Source: Xylographa opegraphella
Taxonomy: Eukaryota
Reading direction: 5' to 3'
Length of the DNA: 64,000 nucleotides
Assembly: GCA_022813865.1 (NCBI GenBank)
Contig: JALDZX010000050.1
Coordinates: 1 to 64,000, forward strand
Shown here: piece after piece, positions 61,935 through 64,000 of the stretch
Layout: the number at the start of each line of letters is the position of its first letter
How positions within the stretch are numbered: the stretch's first letter is position 1
The notes under the pieces: model-generated
What the model was told of the DNA's origin: nothing
What the model saw: only the letters and a program-made list of their open reading frames with translations
Databases searched by the model: none
Program-made: the position numbers and the translations under genes

Positions 61935-63788
61935 TCAGGCGTGGATCTGCTGTTGGACCTTCGGATATACGGCGATCATCCGCTGGTAGAGATCAGGGTG
62001 GTCAAGCATGAGTATTTGAGGGTCCCACTGTTTCAAGATCAGTGATAGTCACCGCGGTGATTTGTCTTTCAAGACTTACCGCTGCAGCCACAAAGAAAGT
62101 ATCGACACCGCTTCCGACAGGTGTTGTGAAGATCTGGCAGATTTGCAGGCCGATGAGAAAGGCGAAAGCCATGACTACAGCTGTGTATGAACCGCCGGAG
62201 TTGTATGCCTAACCGCGGTCAGCTTGCTGGTGTTGCTACATCCTAGATATGGATATAACCTACGGGTTTTGTGAATTCCAGGTACAGATATGCTAACAAC
62301 GCAGTGGCATATCCTACAAAGGTGGCACCCATAGTTAATACAGGGCCGATCAAACAATCGTTGACTAAGGCATCAATGCCACGATCTTTCATCATGGTCC
62401 AGGTATCTTTAGCGGCGGGAAAATAGGCTTTGCCATACACTACAGCAGGGTTAGTGCATCGCTATCGGCCAGAGATGACTTGACACTTACAGGCAATAAA
62501 AGAAAAGGCGTAGCGATTGATAAATTGCACAGCCCAGTCCAGTATCCCGATTATGCATCCAAGACAGCAGAATACCATCGCTCCAACCATGTTACCCTGC
62601 GCCCCTTCTTGTTGCTGGGCAATACTGCAGGCCTGGCGAAGCATGTTGATCAATGCCACCACAAGACTTCCTTCAGCAATACTGCCAAAACTGTAGGTAA
62701 TGGCTCGCCTAAAAGCGCCCCTTGTAGCACCACTCGGCATACCACCTGGTTTGCCACTACAGAAGTACCAAGATCCATATACACCGGCCACGGTGGTGTG
62801 GATTGTGTTCTTTATCCATTCAGAAATCCAATAGCCGGCAAACGTAATGAAGACAATGATGCCAATTACTTTGGCATAAGAACAACTACCGCTAGATGAA
62901 CAAGCTGGGTTTGATCCAGAGCTTCCTGCAGGCTGGTATTGCACGTATACTGCCACAAGAGTGACAGAGAACCAGGCTCCAAAGGCAAATGCAACAAGGC
63001 CACCAATGGCACTGACGGTGAAGACATGCCCGTACGTTTTGGCGATGTCCATTGTGGTTTGAAGCATCAAGACGCTAAATGGAATACGAGGGATCCAACT
63101 AATCTGGAAATTGAAGAATCAACACAGGAAGCTCGGCAAGAACAAGAACGAGCAGACTTACGAAGCATATTATACTGAATACTGCGAACAAGAGGAAGAC
63201 GATACCACCAGCGTATTGCTTTCGATAAAGATAATAGATCCCAGTTGCTACTCCGAAGGCAATATTCAGGATTCCAGTGATCCAAATGAATTGCTTGGTG
63301 AATGCTCGCGCCATTGTAAAGTATCCCCACGAAAACACAAACGCCACGACGAGGATGAAGGCAAACAGGACCATGGTGTTCGTGTTCAGGGAGAAGTCGT
63401 TTGAACCATCGTAGATGCCGCCTCCACTGAAGCCCTTGTGTGTGGAATAGCCATGGAGTGATAGACCTGAGACAACAGTAAAGCCCAAGAATGTCAGGAT
63501 AAGCTACGCACAGTTGGTAAGTCTTGGGATTTGTATGGGGACGTCCATATTATGTACCAGTATTCCAAAGACGATATCATTATACTTTGGTTTCTGAACC
63601 TTGAACGCGCTATCGAATGTCTGCTTGTTGTCCAAGTTGCCTTGCGCGCCATATTTCCGGCCATTATCCTGAGCGTAATTTGGTGGAGGCTGCGCATAGC
63701 CGGCTTGGTTTTGTTGATAACCACCTTGCGACTCCATCGAATACTGCTGATTGTAGTAGCCATTCGCGGCACCACCATTGGTAGCCAT
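61935..63788 (-). CDS. PNS1: Choline transporter-like (CTL) protein Pns1, 6 exons (introns 63504-63557, 63104-63161, 62440-62490, 62209-62263, 62028-62079)
   Basis: KPKYND, WIPRIPFS, TYSFGSI.EGSL, NRYAFSFIALYGKAYFPAAKDTW and GIDALVNDCL. All five introns are canonical and keep the frame. Confidence 0.94.
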
Positions 63789-64000
63789 TGTTCAGATGCA
63801 GCACTTGGCACTCAAAATTCGGTAGTTTCTACAATGGAGCTCTCTGCACTGCAGAGTGCCTCCAAAGGATGCTGGTTGAGCACGACGGGTGGATTATCGT
63901 GCTGAATAGATATATTGTGCGGAATAGTCTTTTCCTGTCTAGATCAATGGCATTGATGGAATGAACACGGAAGAAAGAGAATGTGATGAAACGAAATGGG

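Overview
This is eukaryotic DNA from a filamentous ascomycete: short GT-AG introns with CTRAC/CTRAT branch sites. A lichen-forming Lecanoromycete is my guess, by inference only. The conserved genes are SMC2, ORC4, the alpha-1,3-glucan synthase ags1, the carbon catabolite repressor creA, a Zn(II)2Cys6 transcription factor, a PAA1-like GNAT acetyltransferase, DDI1 and PNS1. Between them lie accessory genes, several of them disabled, and tandem repeats. Main observations: (1) a tandem family of three small genes at 53.3-56.9 kb carrying four copies of an unrecognised ~100-aa domain, each copy split by a phase-1 intron at the same position; (2) a BTB/POZ paralog with a UAG exactly where its neighbour has a Trp (RIP-like decay or A-to-I stop correction); (3) a cluster of Pho4-type CCCACGTGC sites and an ATG-poor leader upstream of creA; (4) an unusually long, structured first intron in the PAA1-like gene; (5) a DDI1 start codon apparently assembled by splicing. 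All gene models were built by eye and no database searches were run.
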